A stretch of 64,000 nt of DNA from an uncultured Gemmataceae bacterium (GTDB taxonomy: Bacteria > Planctomycetota > Planctomycetia > Gemmatales > Gemmataceae). The stretch's first letter is position 1. Each line of letters starts with the position of its first letter. Shown here in pieces: positions 1 to 10,393 of the stretch. A program made the position numbers and the translations under genes. The stretch is from assembly GCA_963750165.1 (NCBI GenBank), contig CAVVPN010000011.1, positions 800,001 to 864,000 of the forward strand, in the 5' to 3' direction. Below the pieces are notes generated by a model that did not search any database, was not told where the DNA came from, and saw nothing but the letters and a program-made list of their open reading frames with translations.

Positions 1-1
1 G

Positions 2-388
2 GTGGAATTCCCTCGACGGCGTGATGCCACGCCTGAACCCTACGTCACGCCCGACGAAGCGGATAGTTGCTGGAAGAAACCGGGGCCGGCGGCGGGACCG
101 TTCGAGGCGAAACTGGGGGACGGCAGCGTGGTCACATATTACTGGTACCGGTTTGCCGACCAGCCCGCCTTGCTGAACGCCGACCTGACCGCGGACGAGC
201 GGGAGAACCTCCAGAAACGGGTGGAGATGCTGCACAAGAAGTGGACCAAGGACCGCGAGTACCTTCCCCCTCCGACGGTCGGCAAGCTCGCCGATCTCGA
301 CCCGGCGCTGATCGTGACTCCTCCGAAGGGCATGGAGATCGGCTACGTGCCCATTGTGACACGACAAGCCGCGAAACAGAAGAAGTAA
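2..388 (+). CDS. Hypothetical protein, C-terminal part (runs off the window)
   Basis: Open frame from the window edge with protein-like composition (YYWYRFADQPAL...GYVPIV), TAA at 386-388. Confidence 0.7.
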   Translation: MEFPRRRDATPEPYVTPDEADSCWKKPGPAAGPFEAKLGDGSVVTYYWYRFADQPALLNADLTADERENLQKRVEMLHKKWTKDREYLPPPTVGKLADLDPALIVTPPKGMEIGYVPIVTRQAAKQKK

Positions 389-472
389 GATCCCCCCAGC
401 GTTGTGAGGGCACCCCTGACGATCCACCTCGCGACGAAGCGGACTGCGAAGAGTTCGGCTGTCCCTGGGACT

Positions 473-538
473 GGAAAATGAGACAGGCACGTTTTTCAGC
501 GCAATGAGGTCCGAAATAAATGTGCCTGTCCCTTTTCC
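473..538. repeat. REP-like inverted repeat between convergent genes
   Basis: ggaaaatgagacaggcacgttt (473-494) pairs with aaatgtgcctgtcccttttcc (518-538). Confidence 0.65.
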
Positions 539-569
539 CGTTTCTCGCGTCCGACACACGCCACACCGG

Positions 570-3500
570 TCACGCCAGGCTCAGCGCCAGGATTTCCACG
601 TTGCCGTTACCGGGCAACCGGATGCTCTGCACGGTTTTGCCCGCGAGCAAGCTCAGGCTGTAGCCGTACACGTGGAACGTGTGGCTGTCCCGGCCGCCGC
701 TGGCCAGGTCGCGGTAGGCCAGGTCCACGGCGTCGGACTCGCCGGCGTAGTGCTGCGGCGTGTACCAGTCACTGATGCTTTGCGTGAACGTCTGCGTGCT
801 GCCGTCGGTGTAGGTCACCACGAACGTCTGGTTCGGCTGGTTGCCGTTCACGGCGGTCGCCAGGAAGTTCAGCGTCGTGTAACTCCCTACGGGCAGGCTG
901 ATCGTCTGGCCGGCCGCGGCGATGACGTTGTTGCCGCCGGCCGCGCCCAGGGTGAACTGGGTGCCGTTCCACGTCTGGCTGGTCCCCAGCAGGTTCGCCG
1001 AGAGCGCGGCGCCGCCGCCGTCCAGGCCGCCCGTGAAGGTGCTGCCGTCATTGACGATGCCGACCCGGTTGAAGGCGCCGGCCAGGGACACCGAGCGCCC
1101 GCCCGCCGGCGAGACCGGGTCCACGAAGTTGTCGAAGCGGACGTGGCCGGTGAAGCTCGCGGGCGTCGCGGTGCGGAAGCCCGGCTTCACCGCCGACGCC
1201 GTGCCCAGTGTCGTCAGGCCCGTGATCGAGTACGACACGGGCGCCAGCACGGTCGTCCCGGTGCCGACTCCCGTCGGGCCGTAATCGACCAGCGAGAACG
1301 TGCCCGAGAAGCTGCCCGATGCCGTCTCCTTCGTGGTGAAGATCAGGTCGAGCCAGTCGCCGGCGGTGATGGTGCCAGTCGGCCGGGTGTTGTTGGTCGA
1401 GGTGGCGGGCGAGGCGCCGTTGTCGTACTGGAACTCGACGGTGTTGTTGCCGAGGATGTGCGCGGAGATGAACGAGAAGCCGGCGTTGAAGCCCGTGGAC
1501 GTCGGCGCCAGGAAGCCGACCTGCAACGGCTTGTCGCCGCTGCCCAGGCCCGAGACGGCCGTCACGTACTCCGAGAGGGTGTGGATCTGGCTGTCGGACA
1601 GGTTCACCGTTGAGGGGGTGTAGATCGCCGTGGCGTCGATGGCGACGCTGCCGCTGGACTGCACGCCGCCGCCCGCCGCGGGGCCCGGCTGGTCCTGCAC
1701 GCCGAACGCCGCGCCCCACGACAGGCTCGTGTTGTTGGCGCCGCCGTTGTTATACAACGTGAAGTTCGACGTGAAGGTACTCGCCCCGGCGTTGAAGTTG
1801 ATGTTGACCCCCGTGACGGCCGTGATCGTGAACGAACTGGATGTGGCGCCGGTCAAGGTACCGTCGCTGGCGGCCAGGGTATAGGTGCCGGCCGTGTTGA
1901 TGGCGAGGTTGCCGAACGTGGCGACGCCGTTGACGGCGGCCGCGCTCACGGTGCTGGAACCGCCGGCGAAGGTGCCGCTGCTGAGCGTCAATGTCACGGT
2001 AGAAGTGTTGCCGGGGACCGTGTTGCCGTTGGCGTCCTGCACCGCGACCGTCACCGCGGGGGTGATGGTGGCGCCGGCAGTCGCGTTGCTCGGCTGCTGG
2101 GCGAACGCCAGCCTGGCCGCGGCGCCGGCGGTGATTGCGAACGAAGTGGAGGTGACGCCGGTCAGCGTGCCGTCACTGGCGGTCAGCGTGTAACTGCCGG
2201 CGGCGTTGATGACGAGACTGCTGAAGGTGGCGACGCCATTGACCGCGGCCGCGCTCACGGTGCTGGAGCCGCCGGCGAAGGTGCCGCCGCTGAGTGTCAG
2301 CGTCACGGTGGACGTGTTGCCGGTGACGGTGTTGCCGAGGGCGTCCTGCACCGCCACCGTCACGGCGGGACTGATCGCCATGCCGGCGGCGGTGTTCGTC
2401 GGCTGCTGGGCGAACGCCAGCTTGGCCGCGGCGGCGGGGTTGATCGTGAACGGGCCGTAGCCCGGATCGAGGTTGGGGTTGGTGTCCGTGGCCCGCAGGA
2501 TGTAGCTGCCGGCGGCGTTGATGACCAGGTTGCTGAAAGTGGCCATGCCGTCCACAGCCTGGGCGCTGACGGTGGTGCTGCCGTTGGCGAAGGTGCCGTG
2601 GCTGAGCCCCGCCGTGACGGTGGACGTGTCGCCGACGAGGATGTTGGAGTTGATGTCCTCGACGGCGGCGACAAAGGCGCCCAGGGGCACCCCGGCCGTG
2701 CCGCTGCTGGGCTGTTGCAGGTACGCCAGCTTCGCGGCCGTGGAATCGACCAGGAAATTGTCGAACGCCAGGGTGCCGGTGCCGCCGCTGTTGGAGGTGC
2801 GGAAGCCCGCGTACATGGTGGCGGCGGTGCCCACGGTGGTCAGGCCGGTCACGGTGTAGGCCACCGGCGCCAGCACCAGTGTCGGCGCGGCGGTGCCGGT
2901 CGGGCCGTAGTCGAGCAACGAGAACGTGCCGTGGAAACTGCCCGAGGCAGTTTCCTGTGTGGTGAAGACCAGCTGCAGCCAGTCGCCGGTGGTGATGGTG
3001 CCCGTCGGCGTGGTGGTGTCGAGGGCGACGGCACTGGTGCCGGCTCCGTTGCCGGACTGGAACTCCACCTGGTGGTTGCCGTAGACGCGGGCCGAGATGA
3101 ACGAGAAACCCGCGTTGAACCCGGCCGTCCGCGAGGTCAGGAAGCCGATCTGCAGGGTGCGGTCGCCGGCGGGGCGAACCGGGGCGGTCACAAATTCCGA
3201 GACCGTGTGAACGGCCCCGTCCGAGAGGTTGAAGGTGGTCGGCGTGTAGACGGCCGTCTCGTCGGTGGCGGTGCCGATGATGCCGCCGCCAGCCGCGCTG
3301 CCGGCCTGGTCGTCGATGCCGGCGGTGGCGCTCCAGGTAAGGGCGGTGCCGCCTGCCACGCCGGCGAGGTTGGTGGCGAACGGTGTCGTGAAACTGCTCG
3401 CGCCGCTGTTGAAGTTGACGAAGGCGGTCGCCCCGATGGTGAACGTGTTGGACACGACGGCGGCGAGGGTGCCGTCGGAGGCGGTCAGGGTGTAGGTGCC

Positions 3501-6500
3501 GTTGTTGGCGACGGCCAAGGTCCTGAAGGTGGCCACGCCGGCCACGGCCTGGACGCTGACGGTGTTGCCGCCGCCGGTGAAGATGCCGCCGCTGCTGAGC
3601 GTCAACGTCACCGTGGACGTGTCGCCCGGCAGCACACTACCGGCGGCGTCCTCGACCGCCACGCGGACGGCCGGGCTGATGACGGTGCCGCTCGACGTGC
3701 CGCTCGGCTGCTGCAGCACGGCGAGTTTTGCCGCGGGGCCGTAATCGACGTTGATGTAGGCGGTGACGCCGGTGACGTTGTAGTCCGTGGTGTCGGTCGG
3801 CGTGAAGACGACGCCGAGGGGCTGGTGCTGTCCGGGAGCGAGCACGGTCCCGGCGGCCGGGTTGTAGGTGAAGGTGCCGGGCACGTTCGCGGTGGCGTCG
3901 AGCTGGGTCACGCTCAGAGGGGTGCCGTCGGTGATGTCGGCGGGGTTGGCCCAGGTGATGACGGGCGTGGCCGGGTCCACGTCCACGTCGGACTGGGCCG
4001 TCACGGTGTTGTAGTCGGCGGTGTCGGTCGGCGTGAACGTGACACTCAGGGGGAAGTTCTGGCCGGTGGGCGGGATGGTGCCGGCTCCCGGAGTGTAGAC
4101 GAAGCTGCCGGGGATGGTGACGCCGTTGACCGTGGCGGTGGCGTTGAGCTGGGCCGGCCCCAGGGCTTGACCGTAGGTCATGTCGGTGTCGGGACCGGTC
4201 CAGGTGATGACGGGCGTGGCCTTGACCACATTGACGAGCACCGTGGCGTTGGCCGTGGCGTAGTCAGCCGAGTCCGTCGGCGTGAACGTGACCGTGAGCG
4301 GCTGGTTCTGCCCCACGGGCAGGACGGTCCCGGCCGGCGGCGAATAGCTGAAGGTGCCGGCGAAACCCGCGTAATTGCTCACGAAGGCGTCGAGTTCAGT
4401 GCCGTCCAGGGCGGTGCCGTAGGTCAGGTTGGCGGGCGTGGCCCAGGCCAGGGTGGGCGTCGCCGGGCCGACGACGAAATCGTCGATGGAGACGGTGCCG
4501 CTAACGACCTTGACCACGATGGTGTGGCTGCCCGCCGTCAGCAGCGGACTGGTGTAGACCGGGGCGATGACCGACGTGGCAGCCGTGAGGTTGACCTGTG
4601 TCGGCGAGTTGCCGTCGATGAAGACCTGGGCGGCGCCGCCGGTCGGCGTCAGGGCGGCGTAGAGGGTGATGAGGGTGCCGGTGAACGTGACCGTGGCGGT
4701 GTCGCCGCCAGTGCTGTCGCTGGTGATGGTGCCGCCGTTGTTGTTCGGCAGGCTCGTCGGCGTCTGCACCCAGTTCGTGGTCGGGTTGGAGTAAACGACC
4801 TGCGGGATGCTGCCGGTGTTGTTGGCGTTGTTGTCGTCGATGACGGTCAGCGTGTGGGTGCCGATGGTGAACGCAAACGACGTGGCGGCGGTCAGGCCCG
4901 GGTCGGTGGCGGTGAGGGTGTAGGTACCCGGCGCGGTGATGACGAGGTTGTTGAAGCTGGCGACGCCGTTCACGGCCGCGGCGGTGGCGGTGGTGCCGCC
5001 GCCGAAGAAGGTGCCGCCGCTCAGCGTCAGCGTCACGGTGTCAGTGTTGCCCGTGGCGACGTTGCCGAAGCCGTCCTCCAGGGCCACGGCCACCGAGGGA
5101 TTGACCGCCTCACCGGCATAGGTGTTGTTCGGCTGCTGCGTGAAGACGAGCTGCGTGGCCTGGGCGACGACGTTGAACGGGTTGGACTGCACCGCGGGCA
5201 GCACGCCGTCGGTGGCGGTCAGGTTGTAGCTGCCGGTGACGTTGAGGACGAGGTTGCTAAACGTGGCCACGCCGTTGACGGCCTGGGCGCTGACGGTGGT
5301 GCTGCCGTTGGCGAAGGCGCCGTGGCTGAGCGTGAGCGTCACCAGGGAATTGTCGGTGGTGATGACGTTGCCCGCGGAATTCTCGACGGCGGCGGTGACG
5401 GCGGGACGGACCGCGACGCCGGCGACGGTCTGTGTCGGCTGCTGGGTGAAGGCGAGCCGGGTGCTGGCGGCGATGGTGAAGGGACTGGACGTGGCACTCG
5501 TTAGCAGGCCGTCCGTGGCAGTCAGCGTGTAGGTGCCGGCGGCGCTGATGAGCAGGTTGCTGAACGTGGCGACGCCGCTGGTCATCTGGGCGGTCACGGT
5601 AGTGCCGCCGCCGACGAAGGCGCCGCCGCTCAGCGTCAGCGTCACGGTGGAGGAACTGTCGGCGGTGAAGATGTTGTTGAACTGGTCCTCGGCCGAGACC
5701 ATGATCGGCGGACTCAGGGCGATGCCGGCGCTGCCGGTCGCCGGGGGCTGAGTGGTGAACACCAGCTTCGTCTCCGCCGCGGGCGGGATCGGCGTGCTGC
5801 GGCTGCCGCTCGTGTGGTCGCCGGCGGCATCGGTGATGCTCACGGTGTTGGTGACGCTGGTCGTGCCGACGGGAATGCTGGCGTTGAGATCGACGGAGAA
5901 GACCACCGACCCCGTGACGCCGGCGCCGAGACTGCCCACCGTGAAGGTGTAGGTCGAGCCGGCGCCGCCGCTGCCCGAGGTCAGCGTCCAGCCCGACGTG
6001 CTGTCGGCCAGGTCGGCGGTGGTGTTGGCCGGCACCGTCTCGGTCAGCACCACACCGGTCGCGGCCGTGCCGAGACTGTTCACGATGCTGCCGGCGTCGT
6101 TGTAGTTGATGGTGTAGGGGATGGTGCTCTGGGCCGTGGGGAGGATGTTGCCGTCGGTCAGCGACACGCCGAGCTGCGCGGCCGAGCCCGTCGTCGGCGT
6201 GATTTCCAAGCGGTCAATGGAGATGGTGTTGCTGGCGGCGTTGTTCAGGATCTCGAAGGTGTGCGTGCCGGCTCCGAGTCCCGAGACGGTGTAGACGAGC
6301 ACGTCGCCGGCGCCCATGCCGTTGGGCGAGCTGTTGGCCGGTGACAGCAACACCGACTGCGTGCTGCCGCCATCGACGGAGAAGGTCGCCGTGCCGTAGC
6401 CGCTCACCTCGTTGGCGTACACCTTGATCTGCGAACCGGTGAACGTGAGCGTGGCGTAGTCGCCCTGCACGTTGTCCGTGCTGACCGTGCCGTCGAAGGT

Positions 6501-8543
6501 GCCCATCGTGGAACTGCCGGTGATGTGCGTCCAGCCGGTGCCGACGTAGTTGAACTGGTTCATGCCGGTGCCGGTGACGGCATCATCGACGATGGTGTCG
6601 CCGGTGAGGCCGAACGCCTGGATGCTGTGTGTGCCGACGAAGACATCGCCGCGGGCAACGGCGATGCTGTTGTACTTGCCGCCCAGGCCCACCTCCTGGT
6701 AGGCGCTGCTCCAGATCGGCTGCATGGTCAGAGCGTTGTAAGCGTAGAGAACCGGGTCGCCGTTGGAAAAGCTGGTGAGGCTGTCGGTGCGCTGCACGCC
6801 GGCGTCCACCACCCAGTCGATCTCGTTGGCGGTGCCGTTGCCGGTGATGAGGTTCGAGCCGGGGTTGCTCATGACCGCCGTGTTCGAGGCCACCACCTGC
6901 AGGTAGGCGGGCTGGCCGGGACTGTGCATCACCTTCGTGAGAATCAGCGACGGGGCCACCGGCGTGCTGGAACCGACGCCCGACTTGCTGCTGCCGGCGA
7001 AGATCACGTACTGACTGCCGTCGGGCCCGGTGAAGGTCGCTGGCGTGTCGCGCGCCTTGGCGGTGTTGCCCGAGGCGCTGGACTCGTTGTAGGGGCCGAA
7101 CAGGGACAGCGGGCCGTCCTGCGCCGGGAAGCCCTGCCAGTAGGTGCGCACGCCCGTGCTGGTGGTGTCGTACAGCGATGGGTCCTGGTCCGGGGACAGA
7201 CCGCTGGGCGGCCGGGACGTGAGGCTGGCCGGGTAGGCGGCCGGGCTGCCGTTGGGGTTGGCCGTCGGGTTGTTCAGGTGGTTGCCGGCGTCGGCGAGGT
7301 AGCCGTTGCCCTGCTTGCCGCCGAAGGCCGCCAGCTCGGTGGTCGTGGACGAGCCGGCCGGCAGGTTGATGAGGATGGGCGAGCCGCCACCGAGGTCGCT
7401 GTCGATGGTGTCCTGGGTCGGGTAGTTCCACGGCGTGTAGACGCCGGTGAGCGTCAGCGTCTGACTGGGGCCGAACTCCAGCAGGGAGTTGCCCCAGTCG
7501 CCGGCCGGGTTGCCGGTGCCGCCGGGCGAGTCGCCGGTCGTGACGAAGACGTTGCCGTTGCTGTCGATGGTCGGCCCACCTGCCCCCCACATGCCGCCGT
7601 TGGCGCTGGTGGCGGTGCTATCGACCGCCGAATAAGCGCTGACGATGGCCGGCGTCTGGCCGTTGGCCGTCCCGTTGGTGACGCCGGTGGCCACGGTCGT
7701 CATCCAGCCGGGGTTGCTGGCGCCGTAGCAGGCAAAGTCCACGTAGAGCGTGCTGCCGTCCGCGCTGAGGTTCAGCCCCCCGCGCTGGTCGGCGCCGCTG
7801 GACGAGAAGGGCACCGCAATGCCCGGACCCTGCAGCGTGTTCTGGTTCAGCGAATCGAGCAGCGACTGGGTGAAGATCAGCGGCCAGCCCGAGACGAGAC
7901 TGCCGTCGTGCAGGCTCAGGGCGAAGACCTCAAAATTGTTGCCGCCGTGGTTGGGGTTGCCGGCCGCGGAGAGGTAGTCGGTCACCGACGCGGTCACGTA
8001 GAGCCGGCCGCTGGCCAGGTCGATGACCGGGGTGCTCAGGACGCCGATGCTGTTGCCGTCCACGCCGGCGTAGGGGTTGCCGAGGTGCGTCTTCCACAGG
8101 ATGGTGCCGGGGGCGATGCCGGTCGGGCCGTTGGTGTCCTGGGCCGCGATGGCGTAGACGGTGCCGCCGCCGGTGGCCGCGAAGACGACGCCCAGCGACT
8201 TGTTCTGAAACGACGCACTCTGAACGCCGTCGCCGGAGTGGTTGGCAGCGTTGCCGGGGCCGGAGATGAGTAAGCTGTCCAGGAACAGCGGCGTGGCGTA
8301 GATGGCGCCGTCGAGCTGGGGCGACTGCCAGACCTGGCCGAAGCCCGACGCCACGTTGGTCGGGGTCAGCACGGTTTCCACGGAGTTGAAGCCGGTGCGG
8401 GCGGCGTCGCCGTGGAACTCGGTGTTGCTGGGGGCGCCGGGCTGCTGCCCGAGGGTGAAGGACGGCGTCAGGCGGTCTTCCAACCGCTCCAGGTGCAGGC
8501 GTGAACGGGGGGCCTTTTGGGGGCGGGGAACGCGGCGCGGCAT
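570..8543 (-). CDS. Giant secreted multidomain protein (~2657 aa): planctomycete export motif, PQQ-like propeller, CBM-like domains, DUF11, many Ig-like repeats, MBG-like repeats
   Basis: ATG at 8543 with RBS (gagaagga); RSRLHLERLEDRLTPS; repeats KLAFxQQP...NGVATFSNLVINAAGxYTLTAxD and ATPVITWANPAD; Thr/Gly/Ser rich. Confidence 0.88.
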   Translation of the reverse strand: MPRRVPRPQKAPRSRLHLERLEDRLTPSFTLGQQPGAPSNTEFHGDAARTGFNSVETVLTPTNVASGFGQVWQSPQLDGAIYATPLFLDSLLISGPGNAANHSGDGVQSASFQNKSLGVVFAATGGGTVYAIAAQDTNGPTGIAPGTILWKTHLGNPYAGVDGNSIGVLSTPVIDLASGRLYVTASVTDYLSAAGNPNHGGNNFEVFALSLHDGSLVSGWPLIFTQSLLDSLNQNTLQGPGIAVPFSSSGADQRGGLNLSADGSTLYVDFACYGASNPGWMTTVATGVTNGTANGQTPAIVSAYSAVDSTATSANGGMWGAGGPTIDSNGNVFVTTGDSPGGTGNPAGDWGNSLLEFGPSQTLTLTGVYTPWNYPTQDTIDSDLGGGSPILINLPAGSSTTTELAAFGGKQGNGYLADAGNHLNNPTANPNGSPAAYPASLTSRPPSGLSPDQDPSLYDTTSTGVRTYWQGFPAQDGPLSLFGPYNESSASGNTAKARDTPATFTGPDGSQYVIFAGSSKSGVGSSTPVAPSLILTKVMHSPGQPAYLQVVASNTAVMSNPGSNLITGNGTANEIDWVVDAGVQRTDSLTSFSNGDPVLYAYNALTMQPIWSSAYQEVGLGGKYNSIAVARGDVFVGTHSIQAFGLTGDTIVDDAVTGTGMNQFNYVGTGWTHITGSSTMGTFDGTVSTDNVQGDYATLTFTGSQIKVYANEVSGYGTATFSVDGGSTQSVLLSPANSSPNGMGAGDVLVYTVSGLGAGTHTFEILNNAASNTISIDRLEITPTTGSAAQLGVSLTDGNILPTAQSTIPYTINYNDAGSIVNSLGTAATGVVLTETVPANTTADLADSTSGWTLTSGSGGAGSTYTFTVGSLGAGVTGSVVFSVDLNASIPVGTTSVTNTVSITDAAGDHTSGSRSTPIPPAAETKLVFTTQPPATGSAGIALSPPIMVSAEDQFNNIFTADSSSTVTLTLSGGAFVGGGTTVTAQMTSGVATFSNLLISAAGTYTLTATDGLLTSATSSPFTIAASTRLAFTQQPTQTVAGVAVRPAVTAAVENSAGNVITTDNSLVTLTLSHGAFANGSTTVSAQAVNGVATFSNLVLNVTGSYNLTATDGVLPAVQSNPFNVVAQATQLVFTQQPNNTYAGEAVNPSVAVALEDGFGNVATGNTDTVTLTLSGGTFFGGGTTATAAAVNGVASFNNLVITAPGTYTLTATDPGLTAATSFAFTIGTHTLTVIDDNNANNTGSIPQVVYSNPTTNWVQTPTSLPNNNGGTITSDSTGGDTATVTFTGTLITLYAALTPTGGAAQVFIDGNSPTQVNLTAATSVIAPVYTSPLLTAGSHTIVVKVVSGTVSIDDFVVGPATPTLAWATPANLTYGTALDGTELDAFVSNYAGFAGTFSYSPPAGTVLPVGQNQPLTVTFTPTDSADYATANATVLVNVVKATPVITWTGPDTDMTYGQALGPAQLNATATVNGVTIPGSFVYTPGAGTIPPTGQNFPLSVTFTPTDTADYNTVTAQSDVDVDPATPVITWANPADITDGTPLSVTQLDATANVPGTFTYNPAAGTVLAPGQHQPLGVVFTPTDTTDYNVTGVTAYINVDYGPAAKLAVLQQPSGTSSGTVISPAVRVAVEDAAGSVLPGDTSTVTLTLSSGGIFTGGGNTVSVQAVAGVATFRTLAVANNGTYTLTASDGTLAAVVSNTFTIGATAFVNFNSGASSFTTPFATNLAGVAGGTALTWSATAGIDDQAGSAAGGGIIGTATDETAVYTPTTFNLSDGAVHTVSEFVTAPVRPAGDRTLQIGFLTSRTAGFNAGFSFISARVYGNHQVEFQSGNGAGTSAVALDTTTPTGTITTGDWLQLVFTTQETASGSFHGTFSLLDYGPTGTAAPTLVLAPVAYTVTGLTTVGTAATMYAGFRTSNSGGTGTLAFDNFLVDSTAAKLAYLQQPSSGTAGVPLGAFVAAVEDINSNILVGDTSTVTAGLSHGTFANGSTTVSAQAVDGMATFSNLVINAAGSYILRATDTNPNLDPGYGPFTINPAAAAKLAFAQQPTNTAAGMAISPAVTVAVQDALGNTVTGNTSTVTLTLSGGTFAGGSSTVSAAAVNGVATFSSLVINAAGSYTLTASDGTLTGVTSTSFAITAGAAARLAFAQQPSNATAGATITPAVTVAVQDANGNTVPGNTSTVTLTLSSGTFAGGSSTVSAAAVNGVATFGNLAINTAGTYTLAASDGTLTGATSSSFTITAVTGVNINFNAGASTFTSNFTLYNNGGANNTSLSWGAAFGVQDQPGPAAGGGVQSSGSVAIDATAIYTPSTVNLSDSQIHTLSEYVTAVSGLGSGDKPLQVGFLAPTSTGFNAGFSFISAHILGNNTVEFQYDNGASPATSTNNTRPTGTITAGDWLDLIFTTKETASGSFSGTFSLVDYGPTGVGTGTTVLAPVSYSITGLTTLGTASAVKPGFRTATPASFTGHVRFDNFVDPVSPAGGRSVSLAGAFNRVGIVNDGSTFTGGLDGGGAALSANLLGTSQTWNGTQFTLGAAGGNNVIAAAGQTISLPVGSYTTLNFLATAVNGNQPNQTFVVTYTDGSTQTFTQSISDWYTPQHYAGESDAVDLAYRDLASGGRDSHTFHVYGYSLSLLAGKTVQSIRLPGNGNVEILALSLA

Positions 8544-8972
8544 GGGTCCTTCTCTCCGATGCAAGAGGACGGGTACCGGGGCAACGGGTTTACGGGCAAC
8601 GGGGCGACTGCGGACGACGTGAGGGGCACTGCAGGGAATCCCGCGATTAGCCCCGGACACCCACGGATACAAATTGGCGAAATAGATGTGAGAGAACGTA
8701 GCCCGCCTGGGTCGGGTGGTCAAGGAAAAAATGAAAATCCGTGGTCAGAATGCAAGCCGAAATGACTCGGGGTCTCCGAACTCGCAATCCTCAACGGGGA
8801 AATCCAGCTTCTCAGGTCTTGTCCCGCAACGTGTAGGCCGCGGCCAATAAGCGCGGCCGCTTCCCGAGAGTTCGGCTCCACAATGTCTATCGAATCTCCG
8901 AGGGGAACTGACAGTCGGGTCGTCGCCGTCCCCAGGGAAGCGCAGCATTGGCGAAAAGCGATGCCGAACGTT

Positions 8973-9046
8973 GCCGGGTCGCCCTGGGCGGTTACCCACC
9001 CAGGGCTCCCACAGATCCGGACGTGCGGAATTACCGCATCCGGCTC
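8973..9046 (-). ncRNA. Group II intron catalytic domains V and VI
   Basis: AGC triad in a 34-nt DV; DVI stem GCCCTGGGTGG-GTAA-CCGCCCAGGGC followed by the branch A at 8979. Confidence 0.9.
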
Positions 9047-9060
9047 GTCCGGCCAACGGT

Positions 9061-9886
9061 TCACACGCGCCGGTACACCGAGTGGACCACCCGTGCTGCC
9101 GGCAGCGGATACCGCTCCAGCAGTCCCCACAGGCTCGCCCAGCCGAAGCAGCCTTTCCAGCTACGCCGAGAAAGCCACTTCCGCCAGATTCGCGCCACGA
9201 TTGCTCGCACACGGTCCAACGAGGAGCAGTTCCCCGTCACCCCGTAGTAGACGTCGTGGCCGCGTAGCTTCTGGCTCAGTGTCGCGTGCTGCTCCTGGAT
9301 CGGTCGGTGCCGGTTGCGCCGACACCATTCCCCTATCGCTTTCGCGAACCGGCGGATTCGGCTGGCTGCCGTCCGTTTCTTGACTGCCGCGTTGTTCTTC
9401 CTCGACTTCCCCCAATAATGGGTGAACCCCAGGAAGTCAAACGTCCGCAGTTGGTTGCCCCCCTGCGGTCCCTCTTGTCCTTTCTGCTCCCGGGGCCGCG
9501 CGAACGGCACCAGTCGCGTCTTGTCCGGGTGGATCGACAGCCCGTACTTGCCGAAACGCTTCGGCAGCACCTCCATCACTCGTCGTGCGTCTGACTCATC
9601 GGTGAACCCGATTACGAAGTCGTCGGCGTAACGGATCAGGAAGGTTCGGCCCAAAAGACGTGGCTTAACCACTTCTTCCCACCAGACGTCCAGCACGTAG
9701 TGCAGATAGACGTTGGAAAGCAAAGGAGAGATCACCCCGCCCTGGGGGGAGCCTGTCGAGGGATACGTCACTGCACCCCCCTCCATCACTCCCGCGGAAA
9801 GCCATTTGCCGATCAGTCGTAGCGCTACCCCGTCACGTACCCTTTGCCTGAGCAGTTCCCGCAAGTGGGCATGATCCAGCGTGTCA
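9061..9886 (-). pseudogene. ltrA: Group II intron RT/maturase, C-terminal part (no endonuclease domain)
   Basis: DTLDHAHLRELL, GSPQGGVISPLLSNVYLH, RYADDF, FDFLGF, thumb/X domain. Confidence 0.92.
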
Positions 9887-9887
9887 A

Positions 9888-10226
9888 ACGACCTACCAAC
9901 ATGATGCCCCCTTCGAGCACCCGCCTGAGGAGCCTGAAGAGGTCGAGGTGACCGACCCGACCCACCCGCTGTTCGGGCGGCGTTTCCGTGTCGTGTCCAT
10001 CAGCCATCCGCCGCGACGCCCCGGCCAGGTCACCGTGGCCTACCGGCAGGGGATGCGTCTGCGCATCCCCGTCCTGGCCACTAACCTGGTCCCTGGCACT
10101 GCTGCGTCGCCTCGCAGTAAGCTCACCAGAGTAGCCCTGCTCGATCTCCTCGCTCTGGTGAAGGAGTGCGAAGCCTCATGTCCCGTTCCCCCCGGCGCGT
10201 CTGGTCCGGACTCTCCGATGGCCTGA
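9888..10226 (+). CDS. Small Y4bD/DUF5372-like protein; full-length start only formed in the circular element (internal GTG at 9948)
   Basis: VEVTDPTHPLFGRRF motif; frame open back to the left junction. Confidence 0.7.
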   Translation, partial: TTYQHDAPFEHPPEEPEEVEVTDPTHPLFGRRFRVVSISHPPRRPGQVTVAYRQGMRLRIPVLATNLVPGTAASPRSKLTRVALLDLLALVKECEASCPVPPGASGPDSPMA

Positions 10227-10393
10227 AAAAACAGGTCATTGGCGATCTTCTTTCTGTCTTCAAGGAGGTACTCCATGAGCTTGCCCGAAACCATTCAACC
10301 CACCCACCTGGATCGCCTGGCCGTCGTCTACGTCCGCCAGTCCAGCCCCCACCAGGCCCTTGCCAATCAGGAGAGTCTCAAACTCCAGTATGA
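10178..10393 (+). CDS. Small hypothetical protein of the LSR element, overlapping both neighbours
   Basis: ATG at 10178 after gaaggag; VWSGLSDGLKKQVIGDLLSVFKEVLHE helix. Confidence 0.5.
   Translation: MSRSPRRVWSGLSDGLKKQVIGDLLSVFKEVLHELARNHSTHPPGSPGRRLRPPVQPPPGPCQSGESQTPV

Noticed and set aside
2598..5504. Long antisense ORFs (also 30405-33197, 34090-36327, 50321-53569 and others)
   Set aside because: Shadow frames of GC-rich genes on the opposite strand, with no recognisable motifs
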